Notes: generated from the sequence alone by a model not told the origin. A DNA stretch of 64,000 nt from Candidatus Puniceispirillum sp. (GCA_028382965.1 JAOEUK010000006.1:15527-79526), one strand, 5' to 3'; positions 48,290 through 59,550 are shown, counted from the first letter of the stretch. Numbers and translations are program-made.

Positions 48290-48541
48290 TTATCGAAGGC
48301 CAAGCGCGTCGCGGTAGGTGTCTAAGAGCGCATCCTGCTCACTCAGTAAATCACGGTCCATTGCTCTTAACCGAACAATTTGGCGCATGATTTTTGGTTC
48401 GAACCCAGTTGCTTTTGCTTCCGCGTAAACATCTTTGATATCTGCCATTAGTGCGCGCTTTTCTTCTTCAAGGCGCTCAACCCGCTCGATAAATTGATTC
48501 AACTGCTCTGCGCCTGCGCCAGATCCCGGTATAACGGTCAT
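48290..48541 (-). CDS. gapR: DUF2312 protein, GapR-like nucleoid-associated protein
   Basis: 83 aa. QLNQFIERVERLEEEKRALMADIKDVYAEAKATGFEPKIMRQIVRLR is the canonical DUF2312 core, the family that contains Caulobacter GapR. Confidence 0.75.
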   Translation of the reverse strand: MTVIPGSGAGAEQLNQFIERVERLEEEKRALMADIKDVYAEAKATGFEPKIMRQIVRLRAMDRDLLSEQDALLDTYRDALGLR

Positions 48542-48550
48542 ACTATTATC

Positions 48551-48850
48551 CTAGTCATCGTGTTTATGTGTTTTTTTGTATTCTGCTTTTTGCTCTGGTG
48601 TGGCTTCAGTCTGGAACTGTCCCTTCCAATCTGCGTACTCCATTCCATAAATAATTTTACGTGCTTTATAGTCGTCCATTTCAACACCTGATTTTTCAGC
48701 TGCTTGACGATACCAGCGTGACATGCAATTTCGGCAAAATCCGGCCAAATTCATCATATCAATATTCTGTACATCTGTTCGTTCTTGCAGGTGAGCGACA
48801 AGACGCCGAAATGCGGCTGCTTCCAGCTCGATTGTTGTAATCTTTTCCAT
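48551..48850 (-). CDS. DUF1244-family protein
   Basis: 99 aa with ELEAAAFRRLVAHLQERTDVQNIDMMNLAGFCRNCMSRWY, the conserved DUF1244 block. Confidence 0.75.
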   Translation of the reverse strand: MEKITTIELEAAAFRRLVAHLQERTDVQNIDMMNLAGFCRNCMSRWYRQAAEKSGVEMDDYKARKIIYGMEYADWKGQFQTEATPEQKAEYKKTHKHDD

Positions 48851-49093
48851 GTTGGTTTCGTACGCCTGTTATTAGCTAATTGCTATGTTAAATTCATTAC
48901 CACTTTAGCCTATTGCGAATACTCTGCGCAACCTAATTACCGAATTGTTTCAATTGCTGATAATGTTGGCTTTAAGCTATTTTTTTATATGGGAGTTAGA
49001 ATATATGATCACATTAAAATTTTTGGTATGGCAAAAATATCTGGAATCCTCTAAATTTTATCTAATAATCGTTGCTTGAAACAGGACAGCGCA

Positions 49094-49534
49094 ATGTCAC
49101 GTAAAATCACTTATAAAAGCTCAACAAAATTTGATCGAATTCGACGGGCGCATCAATCGGAAGTTGCTGAGGATTATGTTGAGATGATTGCAGATCTAAT
49201 TACCGAAACTGGTGAGGCGCGTACAGTTGACCTTGCCGCACGGTTTGGTGTAACCAGTCCAACAGTTAATGCCATAATCCAACGGTTAAAGCGTGAAAAT
49301 TTGGTGGAAACGCGCCCTTACCGTTCAATATTTTTGACTGATTCTGGCCAATCTCTTGCTGATAGGGCCCGTGACAGGCATCGAATTGTTCGAGATTTTT
49401 TAGTTACAATTGGTGTGCCAGAAACAATTGCTGAAGAAGATGCTGAAGGTGTTGAGCATCATGTAAGCTCTGAAACACTGGAGGTTTTTGCTAAGATCAC
49501 GAAAGTGGGCTTGCTACCTAAAGCTAGCAATTAG
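49094..49534 (+). CDS. mntR: DtxR-family manganese-responsive regulator (MntR-like)
   Basis: ATG at 49094. It has an HTH (VDLAARFGVTSPTVNAIIQRL), a dimerisation/metal-binding helix region, and EDAEGVEHHVS. Confidence 0.75.
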   Translation: MSRKITYKSSTKFDRIRRAHQSEVAEDYVEMIADLITETGEARTVDLAARFGVTSPTVNAIIQRLKRENLVETRPYRSIFLTDSGQSLADRARDRHRIVRDFLVTIGVPETIAEEDAEGVEHHVSSETLEVFAKITKVGLLPKASN

Positions 49535-49550
49535 CTAACCAGCTATTGTC

Positions 49551-51047
49551 TTATTCAACACCAAAATGGATATAAAAATTACGTTCTCGGTTATGGCTGA
49601 TCTTAGTATGACTTTGCTTGGGGATAGATTTCCAGTCAATATTTGGAATGCTAGGCGCATCACTTGACCCTGACAAAACCAGAATTGGTGATCCGGCTTT
49701 GTGTTGCCAACCATGATTGGCTTCAAAATGATTACTTGGCGTGCCGTCGGCGTCATGCACCATTATGGTGACTGGCTTGTCATAAAAATACCAGCTAAGT
49801 AGTGAGGCGGTTACGCGACGATCAGCAATAATTCTATTTGCCTTATGATTAACAAGCAAAGGTTCCAAATCGCTGGCGAGTTTTTGCCAGCCGCGCAACC
49901 GCCGCAATGGATCAGACTTAAGATTCAACGGGCCAAGGCTACCCGCCATTGTAATCCCCAAGAGGGCAACCACCAGGCTGGCATTTATCCCTGTTGCTCC
50001 ATATCCCAGCCAAATAGCAGTCTTGCTCACCCGTTCACCTGTATTAAAGTGACTGGCAATCCAGCCACCAAGCCAGACAGACAAGGCAGGATATGCTGTC
50101 ATGGCCCAATTTGCATTTGCGTCACTAAAGTAGGCTTGTATGCTCATCAGGATGAGAACTGGCACTGCCATCCAGATTAGCCAACTTGCATGACGTTCAT
50201 GGCGGGCGGCATTTAAAATGCCGAACATCAGCAAAAAGGTGAGTGGACCAACAACCCCTGCCTGAGTGATAAGAAAATAAATGCTTTCAGTAAGATTATT
50301 GGTCTGTTTGGAAAAATTTGCATTATCACCGATATGCCGCACGGTAGAAAAATCATGCATGAAATTCCAAATCAGATTTGGGCATGCTGCAACCAGAAAG
50401 GCGGCAAGAGCCAGCAAAAGATGCTTTCCACAAATAACGGGTGTTGGCCGGTGGCGGCCCATTGCCCAGATCAAAAAAAACCCAAAAAGCCCGTAAAGTG
50501 CTGCATATTTTGCAAGCATGCCAATCCCAAGGGCAAAACCAGCATAAATAAACGCGTGGGCGGATGGTATTTTTCTGCATTCAGACCCGGCAATTGCTAG
50601 TAAGGCCAGCGCTAAACAAAGTAAGAGAGGTGTATCTGTTGAAATAAGAAAGCTGCCAACTCCTACCGCTGGCAGGGTGATCCATATTAATGCAGCCCAA
50701 CGGCCTGCCCTTTGCCCATATAGCCACGCTGCCGTTTGCCACAGTGTCAATGCTGTTGCCAGATGAAGCCAGCATGCTGGAAGTCGAACTGCCATTACAT
50801 TATGGCCAAACAACCAATGTGATCCACTAATTATCCAAGCAATGAGTGGCGGCTTGGTAAAGTAGCCAAAACTTGGTGTCTGGCTCCAAAGCCAGTATTG
50901 CGCTTCATCAACGCCCAGTTCAAGTGGGCTAATGGCTAGAGCTAAGGTGCGAATTAAAGTCAGGACAACTATTACCAACAGTGTCAGGTGGTTTGCGCCA
51001 AGGGTAAAGCTTTGTTTTGTTTTGGGCGGTTGATCCTTGGCCTTCAT
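49551..51047 (-). CDS. ArnT/PMT-like glycosyltransferase (GT39/GT83 fold)
   Basis: 498 aa. Polytopic N-terminal two-thirds with an early periplasmic DE motif (LGVDEAQYW) and a soluble C-terminal domain. Confidence 0.7.
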   Translation of the reverse strand: MKAKDQPPKTKQSFTLGANHLTLLVIVVLTLIRTLALAISPLELGVDEAQYWLWSQTPSFGYFTKPPLIAWIISGSHWLFGHNVMAVRLPACWLHLATALTLWQTAAWLYGQRAGRWAALIWITLPAVGVGSFLISTDTPLLLCLALALLAIAGSECRKIPSAHAFIYAGFALGIGMLAKYAALYGLFGFFLIWAMGRHRPTPVICGKHLLLALAAFLVAACPNLIWNFMHDFSTVRHIGDNANFSKQTNNLTESIYFLITQAGVVGPLTFLLMFGILNAARHERHASWLIWMAVPVLILMSIQAYFSDANANWAMTAYPALSVWLGGWIASHFNTGERVSKTAIWLGYGATGINASLVVALLGITMAGSLGPLNLKSDPLRRLRGWQKLASDLEPLLVNHKANRIIADRRVTASLLSWYFYDKPVTIMVHDADGTPSNHFEANHGWQHKAGSPILVLSGSSDAPSIPNIDWKSIPKQSHTKISHNRERNFYIHFGVE

Positions 51048-51115
51048 GCAGTTTCCTTGCTTTGCGTTGAATGCGCTGCTAATTTTAGTGCGACTATAGA
51101 GAAAAAAGGTCTATC

Positions 51116-52843
51116 ATGTCATCTACCGAAAACAACTTTCCATCTATTGACCGCAATCAATGGGAATCGCTGGTCGCATCTACTTTGAAAGATGACGACC
51201 CTCAAAGTCTCAACCGGCTGGATGAAGACGGGTTAGAAATTGAAGCCCTGTATAGCATCAAAAGCCTTGATCAACGGTCAGACACGTCATTCCCCATCAC
51301 TCGTCTCCCAGTCGACCCAATGGCGCATATGGCGCATGGCTGGGATATATGCCAGCCGGTTAACGCTGCTGGGCCAGCTGAAGAAACCAACAGACTGATT
51401 CTAGATGAATTGGGCGATGGTGTTGGTAGTATATGGCTTGAAGATCTTCCAACTGGCGATTTGGCAACAAATTTACCTGTGATGATGCAGGATATAATTC
51501 TTTCTGCTGCTGGTGTTAATTTAGACGCTGGCGACAACACCATGTTGCACCTAGCGGGTTTTTCGGACTTTGCTAAATCACGAGGCCAAAGACTATCTGA
51601 ATTGAGGGTTTTTGCAAACCTTGATCCGTTTTCACCAGATGCCGCCTTATCGTTTCTTGACCATGGGCTGAATTATTTGGCAACAGCTGATGGTGAGGAT
51701 ATACCACTTGGACTATTCCGGGCCAATGGCTGGGGGTGGCACAACCGTGGTATGACTGCAGTTCAAGAGCTTGCGTATGTGTTAGCGTCTCTGACTGAAA
51801 TTATGCGTCAAGGAATGGTAAACAGCCTTGATCTCAGTGATTTAGCATCACTTTTGTCAGCGTCGGTGGCGTTGCCGGCTGATTTGTTTGAGGGCATCGC
51901 AAAATGCCGCGCCTTGCGCCGTGGATGGGGCGGCATTGTTGATGCATTCGGGCTAGATCCAAATTTACATCGGCTGTTTCTTCAAGGCGCAGTATCGGTG
52001 CGGATGTTTTCGCAGATCGATGCTGATGTGAATATTCTGCGTACAACAACTGCGCTTCTTGGTGGCGCCATTGGTGGTGCTGATCAACTGTCTGCGCATG
52101 CGCATGATTGCTTAGGGGGCACTAGTGCGAGTGGTCGCCGGCTTGCGCGGATGCAACAGCACCTTTTGATCGAAGAGTGTGGCCTCTCACGTAGCCTCGA
52201 CCCAGCTGGTGGGGCTGGTTTCATTGAGGCTCGGTCAAACCAACTTGCCGATGCTGCATGGTGCATGTTCCAAAAAATGGAGGCAGACGGTGGAGCAAAA
52301 GCAGCGTGTCGTTCCGGACTTTTTGATCGGCTGGCCAAAAAATCGGCAGGTCGACGACATGCACGACTTGCTGATGGCAATCTCAATCTTGTTGGGGTCA
52401 ATTTACAGCCTGATAGACGGCCAATTGTACCAAGCTTATCTCGGTGGAAATCCGTGCGCCGCCCGGCTGCGGCGATTGAGGCTATTCGCTTGTCAGCTTT
52501 ACAGAACCCTCCACGTATTCTTTTGTTGCAGCGAGGCACGGATCTATCGTCGCAGCTTGTAAAGCTAAGAACACTCTTGGCAATTGGAGGAGTTCAGCCT
52601 GTACAGATGCGCCCCATTGACATAAATGAGCAAACGATTGCGAACTCACGGCCAAATCTGATAATATTAGCTGATAGTGATTTTGAGGCATTGGCAGCAT
52701 CCACTCAAGGGCACTTAAAAAATCTTCAGGAAAAGGGCAAAGTAATGAGCGCAAAAACATTACTGAACGCCCCCGCCCCGCTTGAGGTGCTGGCAAATAT
52801 GGTGAATGTCTGCCTTTTACCTTATCGCAACGGAGAGGTGTGA
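51116..52843 (+). CDS. mutA: methylmalonyl-CoA mutase small (beta) subunit
   Basis: 575 aa. MCM-like N-terminal barrel without the substrate/B12 signature of the alpha chain; there is no DxHxxG. It abuts mutB with a TGATG overlap. Confidence 0.75.
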   Translation: MSSTENNFPSIDRNQWESLVASTLKDDDPQSLNRLDEDGLEIEALYSIKSLDQRSDTSFPITRLPVDPMAHMAHGWDICQPVNAAGPAEETNRLILDELGDGVGSIWLEDLPTGDLATNLPVMMQDIILSAAGVNLDAGDNTMLHLAGFSDFAKSRGQRLSELRVFANLDPFSPDAALSFLDHGLNYLATADGEDIPLGLFRANGWGWHNRGMTAVQELAYVLASLTEIMRQGMVNSLDLSDLASLLSASVALPADLFEGIAKCRALRRGWGGIVDAFGLDPNLHRLFLQGAVSVRMFSQIDADVNILRTTTALLGGAIGGADQLSAHAHDCLGGTSASGRRLARMQQHLLIEECGLSRSLDPAGGAGFIEARSNQLADAAWCMFQKMEADGGAKAACRSGLFDRLAKKSAGRRHARLADGNLNLVGVNLQPDRRPIVPSLSRWKSVRRPAAAIEAIRLSALQNPPRILLLQRGTDLSSQLVKLRTLLAIGGVQPVQMRPIDINEQTIANSRPNLIILADSDFEALAASTQGHLKNLQEKGKVMSAKTLLNAPAPLEVLANMVNVCLLPYRNGEV

Positions 52844-54999
52844 TGCCAGTTTTTCCAGACTTTACCAAGATTGATTTGCCCTTATCAGAAATGTTGAGTG
52901 CGCGCCTTGGTACCACTCCACCACTGGTTCCTAATGCTGAACAGATTGACCTGCCTGCCCTTGCCGTTGGCAACCCAATGACTGCAAAATTTGCCTCCGA
53001 AAACCAGCCGGGGTTTGCCCCATTTATGCGTGGTCCTTATCCAAGTATGTATGCAACCCGCCCATGGACAATCCGTCAATATGCGGGGTTTTCTACGGCT
53101 AAAGAATCTAACAGCTTTTATCGGCGTAATCTGGCTGCTGGCCAGATGGGCTTGTCGGTGGCGTTCGATTTGCCAACACATCGCGGGTATGACTCAGATA
53201 ATCCAATAGTTGCAGATGATGTTGGGCTTGCCGGAGTAGCCATCGACTCTATTATAGATATGTCCCTGTTGTTTGAACAAATCCCATTAGAGCGCATGAG
53301 CGTGTCCATGACAATGAATGGCGCGGTGCTTCCCGTTCTGGCCCTGTTTATTGTCGCTGCGGAAGAACAGGGTGTTGCTGCCAACCAGCTGTCGGGGACC
53401 ATCCAGAATGATGTGTTGAAAGAGTTTATGGTGCGAAATACCTACATTTATCCACCCACGCCTTCCATGCGCATTGTATCTGATATTTTTGCGTATTGTG
53501 CAGCTGAAATGCCCAAGTACAATTTTATTTCAGTATCGGGTTATCATATGCAAGAGGCAGGTGCCTCGGCAGATCTTGAGCTTGCCTATACACTGGCAGA
53601 TGGATTGGCCTATATTCGAGCAGGGGTTGAAGCAGGGCTGGGTGTGGATGATTTTGCCCCGCGCTTGTCATTCTTCTTCGGCAGTAGCATGAATTTTTTC
53701 ATGGAAGTGGCAAAATTGCGTGCAGCGCGGTTGTTATGGTCTGAATTGATGCAGCAACATTTCCAACCAAAAAATTCAAAATCCTTGGTGTTGCGGACAC
53801 ACTGTCAAACCTCAGGGTGGTCGTTGGCGGCTCAGGATGTGTTTAATAATGTGCCTAGAACTTGTATTGAGGCCGCAGCCGCTGTTGCTGGTCATACTCA
53901 GTCATTGCACACAAATTCACTAGACGAGGCGCTGGGCTTGCCAACAGACTATGCCGCTCGTATTGCACGCAATACCCAACTCCATTTGCAGCATGAAGGT
54001 AATATGGCACATGTGATTGACCCATTTGGCGGCAGCTATCTTTTAGAAGACTTGACCCAGCAGCTTGCTGATAAGGCGCGCAAGCACATCGCTGAAACTG
54101 AATTACTTGGTGGCATGGCCGCTGCTATTGAGGCTGGTGTGCCAAAATTACGAATAGAAGCAGCAGCAACAGCGACGCAAGCGCGGATTGACTCTGGAAC
54201 CCAAACAATTGTTGGGGTGAATAAATACCAGTCACATTTATCAAGCGGGGCTGAAGAAATTGAAGTTAGACGCATTGATAACAGTGAAGTGCGCGCCCAG
54301 CAGATGGCCCAATTGAAAAAATTACGGGGTAGCCGAAACGAACAAGCGGTAAAGACAGCGTTGGCATCACTCCAAAAAGCCGCTGTGGGCAGTGAAAATT
54401 TAATGCCTTTTGCCATTGAAGCGGCTCGTCAAAGGGCTACTGTTGGCGAGATCTCTGATGCCTTGGCTTGTGAGTTTGGTCGGCACCGGGCAACCATAAA
54501 AGGGGTTCGTGGTGTCTGGAAACATCATATGAAAATCAGTGCTGATATGGACTTGTTGAAAAATCGTATGGATGAATTTAGTGTCAAATTTGGTCGTGTT
54601 CCAAGAATTCTGGTTGCAAAATTGGGCCAGGATGGTCACGACCGTGGACAAAAGGTAATTGCATCGGCTTTTGCTGATCTTGGATTTGATGTATTTACTG
54701 GTCCGTTGTTTCAGACTCCTGACGAGGTTTATGAACTTGCTGTTTCACACGACGTCGATGCCGTTGGAATTTCAACTCTTGCTGCGGCGCACCTAAGTCA
54801 GGTGCCGGCGCTTCGAAAAAAATTAGATACTGGTGCAGGCCAACATATTGAGCTTGTTGTTGGCGGGGTTATTCCACCAAGAGATATTCCTTTACTTGAG
54901 CGTGATGGGGCAGCTGCGGTGTTTTTGCCAGGCACTAAATCTACTGATGCGGCAATGCGACTTCTTGATCTTTTGGCCAGGCGGCGCAATACCTTATGA
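52843..54999 (+). CDS. mutB: methylmalonyl-CoA mutase large (alpha) subunit
   Basis: It has [26 protein letters not shown], and the B12-binding GQDGHDRG (DxHxxG) in the C-terminal domain. Confidence 0.9.
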   Translation: MPVFPDFTKIDLPLSEMLSARLGTTPPLVPNAEQIDLPALAVGNPMTAKFASENQPGFAPFMRGPYPSMYATRPWTIRQYAGFSTAKESNSFYRRNLAAGQMGLSVAFDLPTHRGYDSDNPIVADDVGLAGVAIDSIIDMSLLFEQIPLERMSVSMTMNGAVLPVLALFIVAAEEQGVAANQLSGTIQNDVLKEFMVRNTYIYPPTPSMRIVSDIFAYCAAEMPKYNFISVSGYHMQEAGASADLELAYTLADGLAYIRAGVEAGLGVDDFAPRLSFFFGSSMNFFMEVAKLRAARLLWSELMQQHFQPKNSKSLVLRTHCQTSGWSLAAQDVFNNVPRTCIEAAAAVAGHTQSLHTNSLDEALGLPTDYAARIARNTQLHLQHEGNMAHVIDPFGGSYLLEDLTQQLADKARKHIAETELLGGMAAAIEAGVPKLRIEAAATATQARIDSGTQTIVGVNKYQSHLSSGAEEIEVRRIDNSEVRAQQMAQLKKLRGSRNEQAVKTALASLQKAAVGSENLMPFAIEAARQRATVGEISDALACEFGRHRATIKGVRGVWKHHMKISADMDLLKNRMDEFSVKFGRVPRILVAKLGQDGHDRGQKVIASAFADLGFDVFTGPLFQTPDEVYELAVSHDVDAVGISTLAAAHLSQVPALRKKLDTGAGQHIELVVGGVIPPRDIPLLERDGAAAVFLPGTKSTDAAMRLLDLLARRRNTL

Positions 55000-55073
55000 T
55001 ATGTTTTTCTTTTCATGGTATTTTACTAGGAATTCCTAACGCGCTGTAATGATTTTTGAAAGTGAATCTGATT

Positions 55074-55490
55074 ATGCCTGAAAATAATGCCTATGCAGAA
55101 GCTGAGGCCATTGCTGATGAGTTTGGTTATTTTGATGATTGGGAAGATCGTTATCAAATGTTGATTGATCAAGGTCGTAAACTTGCTCCAATCTCTGAAA
55201 AATACAAGACTGAAGAATACCGTCTACGTGGCTGCCAATCAGTTGTGTATTTTGCGGCTGAGCGTAGTGTGGATGATACCATTATTTTTATGGCGCAATC
55301 AGATGCGGCTATTGTTCAGGGACTTGTTGCTTTACTTTTGAGGGTCTACTCTGGTCGTACTGTGGAAGAGATTCTTAGAACAAAGCCTGAATTTTTAAAT
55401 AAAATCGGGCTGGATTCTCACCTTTCAGTTACCCGAAAAAATGGTCTTTCTAGTATGTTGAGTGCGATTAAAAAAGCGGCTGCAGATTAA
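55074..55490 (+). CDS. sufE: SufE-family sulfur acceptor protein
   Basis: ATG at 55074. It has the conserved Cys loop (LRGCQSVVYF) and the C-terminal LSVTRKNGLSSML. Confidence 0.85.
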   Translation: MPENNAYAEAEAIADEFGYFDDWEDRYQMLIDQGRKLAPISEKYKTEEYRLRGCQSVVYFAAERSVDDTIIFMAQSDAAIVQGLVALLLRVYSGRTVEEILRTKPEFLNKIGLDSHLSVTRKNGLSSMLSAIKKAAAD

Positions 55491-55494
55491 TTTA

Positions 55495-56487
55495 TTATGC
55501 TTCAAGGCTGCGTTCTGCACGCGGTGTACGATTATAATATTCGCGATAACATTTGGAAAAATGTGATGCGGACACGAAGCCACAGGCTAGTGCAACCGAC
55601 AGTATTGTCAATGACGTCTGGCGTAGCAGATGGCGTGCTCTTTTCAATCTTAAGTTGAGATAATAACGTGTTGGGGTTGTTTCAAGGTATTTTCTAAACA
55701 GGCGTTCAAGCTGCCGCGTTGATAAATTGGTTTTGATGGCAATATCGGTTTGCACAAGTGGTTCCTCTAGGTTGTCTTCCATGATTTTGACCACCGCTAA
55801 CAATTTTGGGTGGCTTACACCAAGACGGGCACGGAGTTCCATGCGCTGCCTGTCAGAGGGTTCCCGGATCCGATCGTGAATGAATTGGTCAGAAATTTCG
55901 GCGGCAAGGCTTGCCCCATACGCCTGAGTGATTAAATACAACATCATGTCAAGTGAAGCTGTACCTCCAGAACAGGTAACTCGATTCCCGTCGATTTCAA
56001 ATAGGTCATTGGTTATATTAAGGTCGGGGAACTCCTCTGAAAGTCCAGAAATATGTTCCCAATGGATAGTGCAACGTCGAGATGTAAGTAAGCCTGCTGC
56101 TGCCATTACATAGGTGCCGGTGCAAATAGCGCCTATAATTGTGCCATTGCGATCAAGGCGGCGGATCAAATTTAATATGCTTTTACTGGTGTTTTCTCGA
56201 ACCTTGATACCGGCACAAACAAAAACAATTTCGCATCTTTGCAGGTCTTCAAGGTTGTTTCCGGTATGGATCTCAATACCATTACTGGCTTGGCTGCTGC
56301 TGCCATCTGTGCTGGCCACTACCCAATTAAACAATACCTTGTTAGCCTGTTGATTTGCGGATCTGAGTGGTTCTATCGCTGATGCGAATGCGATCATAGA
56401 AAATTGATTCAATAACAGAAAACCAATTGTTTGTGGGCCGTCATTATTATCGATTCGAAGCAGAGATTTAATCGAGCTATCCCTCAT
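55495..56487 (-). CDS. GlxA-family (DJ-1/PfpI + AraC HTH) transcriptional regulator
   Basis: 330 aa with an N-terminal DJ-1-like domain (AICTGTYVMAAAGLL) and a C-terminal AraC HTH (GFVSASHFSKCYREYY). Confidence 0.85.
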   Translation of the reverse strand: MRDSSIKSLLRIDNNDGPQTIGFLLLNQFSMIAFASAIEPLRSANQQANKVLFNWVVASTDGSSSQASNGIEIHTGNNLEDLQRCEIVFVCAGIKVRENTSKSILNLIRRLDRNGTIIGAICTGTYVMAAAGLLTSRRCTIHWEHISGLSEEFPDLNITNDLFEIDGNRVTCSGGTASLDMMLYLITQAYGASLAAEISDQFIHDRIREPSDRQRMELRARLGVSHPKLLAVVKIMEDNLEEPLVQTDIAIKTNLSTRQLERLFRKYLETTPTRYYLNLRLKRARHLLRQTSLTILSVALACGFVSASHFSKCYREYYNRTPRAERSLEA

Positions 56488-56727
56488 TCATAGCCTTTCT
56501 TGCAAAACGCACCACTCTGATCAATCACATAATAAGACAGGTATTTCATATTAAATTGTTGTCGTCAAAATCATATTTAATTCTCATTAAGCTACAAATT
56601 TTTAGAATTGAAACAAATATTATTCAATTTTGGCATTTTTGTAATTTTTAAGCTAAAATATCATCCATTAAATAAAAAATAGTAAAAAAATCTGCTCGTA
56701 GGGAAGGTTTTGCTAACTAGCTAACTG

Positions 56728-57546
56728 ATGAACCAATACCACGTTTCAATTCCTGATATGATTACAAGTACCGCGAATGATGAGGTTAAACGGCTTCGTG
56801 CTCTTCATGAACGAAAATTCCGCAAAAAAACTGGGTGGTTCTTAGCGGAGGGTGTAAGGATTTGTCATGAGGCAGTGGCGCTTGACTGGGCAATGCATCG
56901 ATTGGCTTTTGTTGCTGGTCGTGAAGATGACCAACAGGTAAAAAGGCTCCTTGCTGGACTAGTTGCGTCTGAAGGAAAAGCACTGCCAATGACTGGTTCA
57001 TTGATGCAACGAATTAGTAAAAAAGATAACTCACAAATAGTGTTGGGGGCCTTTGGCCAACGATGGGGTTCTATTGATAATATTGAGGCAATTGCGAGTC
57101 ACTCATGGGTCGCGCTTGATCGCATTCGTGATCCGGGCAATCTCGGTACAATCATGCGAACCGCAGATGCTGTTGGTGCTCAAGGACTGATCTTGATTGG
57201 TGATTGCACAGACCCTTATTCGGTTGAGGCAGTCCGTGCTTCAATGGGGGCTGTTTTCAATATACGAATTATAGCCGTCAGTGAGGAGGCATTTCTCAAA
57301 TTTGCTGTTGACTGGCGGGGGCGCATTTTAGGAACCGCGCTTCCAGCTGTGACAGATTACCGTAAAGCTGATTATAGTGGGCCCCTGATTATGTTGATGG
57401 GAAATGAGCAATCAGGTCTAACAAAAAACCTAATGGATGTTTGCAGCCAATTGACCAAACTTCCGATGCTTGGGCGTTCAGACTCATTAAACCTTGCTGT
57501 TGCAGCCGGGGTCACGCTTTATGAAGCCTTAGCACAACGAAGCTAG
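56728..57546 (+). CDS. TrmH/SpoU-family RNA 2'-O-methyltransferase
   Basis: 272 aa with SPOUT motifs (DRIRDPGNLGTIMRTA, LMGNEQSGL, SLNLAVAAGV). Confidence 0.8.
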   Translation: MNQYHVSIPDMITSTANDEVKRLRALHERKFRKKTGWFLAEGVRICHEAVALDWAMHRLAFVAGREDDQQVKRLLAGLVASEGKALPMTGSLMQRISKKDNSQIVLGAFGQRWGSIDNIEAIASHSWVALDRIRDPGNLGTIMRTADAVGAQGLILIGDCTDPYSVEAVRASMGAVFNIRIIAVSEEAFLKFAVDWRGRILGTALPAVTDYRKADYSGPLIMLMGNEQSGLTKNLMDVCSQLTKLPMLGRSDSLNLAVAAGVTLYEALAQRS

Positions 57547-58499
57547 TCATTGGTGGTTTCTTCTATAGCATGATCTGACTGCCAGCGTGCAAAGTTTGCC
57601 TGTGAAACAAATCTCGCAGGTTTTTGATAGGCCTGCTTTAAGGATGATTCCTGCAACGCTAGTTCGCCAGATTCAAGCTCCCCACCCATACCTTTAAACA
57701 AGTCAAAAAATGTATAATGCGCTGCCAGTGAGGATGCTCTAATGGCATAGATGGTCAAGACCATGAATAGAGCGTCTTCTGATAAAAGTTCAGAACATTT
57801 TTGAAGCAATGGAGCCAGGTGATCCTCAATCCGCCAAAATTCACCTTTCGGGCCACGCCCATATTTTGGTGGATCCAAAATAATTCCATCATAACGCTTT
57901 TGGCGTCGTAACTCACGATCAACGAAGCTATTTGCATCATCAGTGATGAAGCGAATTGGCGCCTCTTGCATGCCGCAGAGGTCACGATTTTCAAAAGCTT
58001 GAGCCACTGCTTTCTTGCTGGCGTCGAGGTGGGTAACGGTGGCGCCAGCCTTTGCAGCATGGAGGCTTGCAAGACCAGAGTAGGCGAATAAATTTAAGAT
58101 ACGAGGTGGACGATCGTATTTGACCATGAAGGATCTAATCGCATTTGCGCACCAATCCCAATGAGCTGCTTGTTCTGGAAAAAATCCTAGATGGCGAAAA
58201 GGTGTTGGCCGCGCCAAAAATCGCAAGGATTGATAATTGATTTCCCATGATAGGGGCACTTTTTTAGATAATTGCCAACCACCAGATTCACTATCATCGT
58301 GTTCGTTTTTACCTGGTGTGAAAACACCATCTGCAACCCAGTCGTTGATATCGAGACGTGGTTGCCACATTGCTTGTGGTTCGGGACGAATAAATTGGAA
58401 CTTACCAAAGCGTTCAAGCTTTTGTAAATTTCCACTGTCAAGTAGCTCATAATCTTCCCAGTTAGCGCTTGTTATTAATGCCAGTCGTTTTTGTTTCAT
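57543..58499 (-). CDS. class I SAM-dependent methyltransferase (RlmI-like catalytic domain, no PUA)
   Basis: ATG at 58499 (MKQKRL). It has YELLDSG...KLERFG, SAM motif I (LNLFAYSGLASL), and ILDPPKYG. Confidence 0.7.
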   Translation of the reverse strand: MKQKRLALITSANWEDYELLDSGNLQKLERFGKFQFIRPEPQAMWQPRLDINDWVADGVFTPGKNEHDDSESGGWQLSKKVPLSWEINYQSLRFLARPTPFRHLGFFPEQAAHWDWCANAIRSFMVKYDRPPRILNLFAYSGLASLHAAKAGATVTHLDASKKAVAQAFENRDLCGMQEAPIRFITDDANSFVDRELRRQKRYDGIILDPPKYGRGPKGEFWRIEDHLAPLLQKCSELLSEDALFMVLTIYAIRASSLAAHYTFFDLFKGMGGELESGELALQESSLKQAYQKPARFVSQANFARWQSDHAIEETTND

Positions 58500-58509
58500 A
58501 ATATTAATG

Positions 58510-59550
58510 CTAGCCTTTAGCATATTGTTTGATCATGTCTTTGTATGATTTCATCATTTTTTTAATTACAGAATCTCGACTGAAGAGTTCTTTATAGGCT
58601 TGAGTTCCACCTTTTATTAACTGCTTACGAACCGGTTTGTCGTTTAGGGCACGGACAAGTGCGGCAACCAAGGCCTCACAATCATCTATGTCAACAAGCA
58701 GTCCATTATTCTCATGCTGAACATAATGTTTAGCTCCATCAGCTTTTGTTGCAACTAAGGGCACACCAGCAAACCAAGACTCAGGAATGACAATACCAAA
58801 CGGTTCGTAGCGTGAGGGCAAAACACATACATCTGCAATGTTAAGCAACCCCAACCGGTCAGTGCACCATCCAAGGAAAATCACCCGGTCATCTATTTTT
58901 AGAGCGCGTGCCTGCGCTTTGTATTTCTCAATTTCAGGCCCATCACCAGCAAGAAGAAAAACAACATTTTTGATTTTAGAGGCAGAGTTAATAAGAAGAT
59001 CAACACCTTTTTTCCAATGCATTCTAGATAGCATCAGAACCACTTGTGAATTCTCAGGGATACCATAATCTGATTTTTTTATTGTTTTCATGACTTCGAG
59101 GGTGCCAAAAGCATGGCCGACGTAAGCCAGGTTCGGTGCGCTTGTTGCGTCATTAATATGCCGAACGATGTCTTTGGTTACACCCATATAGAAGTCACAA
59201 GATTTGTAATATTTTAAATCGTAATAACCACCGAACCAACCAAGTATAGGTACGTTCTTTTGAGAAGGCGTAAAGCTAGCAGCACGCTTCATCCAACAAT
59301 GAACCAAGTCTGGCTTTTCGCGTTTAATGATTGAGTTGATTTTGGACTTCTCAACCCATTTTAGTGCACGGCTAAAGCTTATTTTATAATGTTCAAAATT
59401 GCAGTCATCAGCGAGCTGTAAAAAGGCTTGATGCGGCCTGCATATTAAAGTTTGCTCCAAACCAGCAGCATGGAGAGCTTTGATAGTGTCAACAGCGCAG
59501 GACTCTGCTCCGCCTTGTTTGGCCCCTGCGATGATATGAAGAATTTTCAT
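58510..59550 (-). CDS. GT4-family glycosyltransferase
   Basis: ATG at 59550 (MKILHII). It has the N-terminal GGAE motif and a C-terminal E-x7-E-like block (PSRYEPFGIVIPESWFAG). Confidence 0.8.
   Translation of the reverse strand: MKILHIIAGAKQGGAESCAVDTIKALHAAGLEQTLICRPHQAFLQLADDCNFEHYKISFSRALKWVEKSKINSIIKREKPDLVHCWMKRAASFTPSQKNVPILGWFGGYYDLKYYKSCDFYMGVTKDIVRHINDATSAPNLAYVGHAFGTLEVMKTIKKSDYGIPENSQVVLMLSRMHWKKGVDLLINSASKIKNVVFLLAGDGPEIEKYKAQARALKIDDRVIFLGWCTDRLGLLNIADVCVLPSRYEPFGIVIPESWFAGVPLVATKADGAKHYVQHENNGLLVDIDDCEALVAALVRALNDKPVRKQLIKGGTQAYKELFSRDSVIKKMMKSYKDMIKQYAKG

Noticed and set aside
48851-49093. MntR autoregulatory or Mn-transporter operator in the 225-bp spacer (for example TTAGCTAA and TAGC-N5-GCTA words)
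   Set aside because: Only short AT-rich palindromes are present, there is no adjacent Mn transporter gene, and I cannot match a reliable MntR consensus from memory.
52084-52973. 151-aa and 163-aa minus-strand ORFs across the mutA/mutB junction
   Set aside because: They are antisense to strongly recognisable MCM subunits. Their Arg/Ser/Ala-rich composition is typical of reverse-frame artefacts in GC-richer genes.
55027-55038. Perfect 12-bp palindrome TAGGAATTCCTA between mutB and sufE
   Set aside because: More than one such palindrome is expected by chance in the intergenic DNA of this window (about 1/4096 per position). There is no supporting context.
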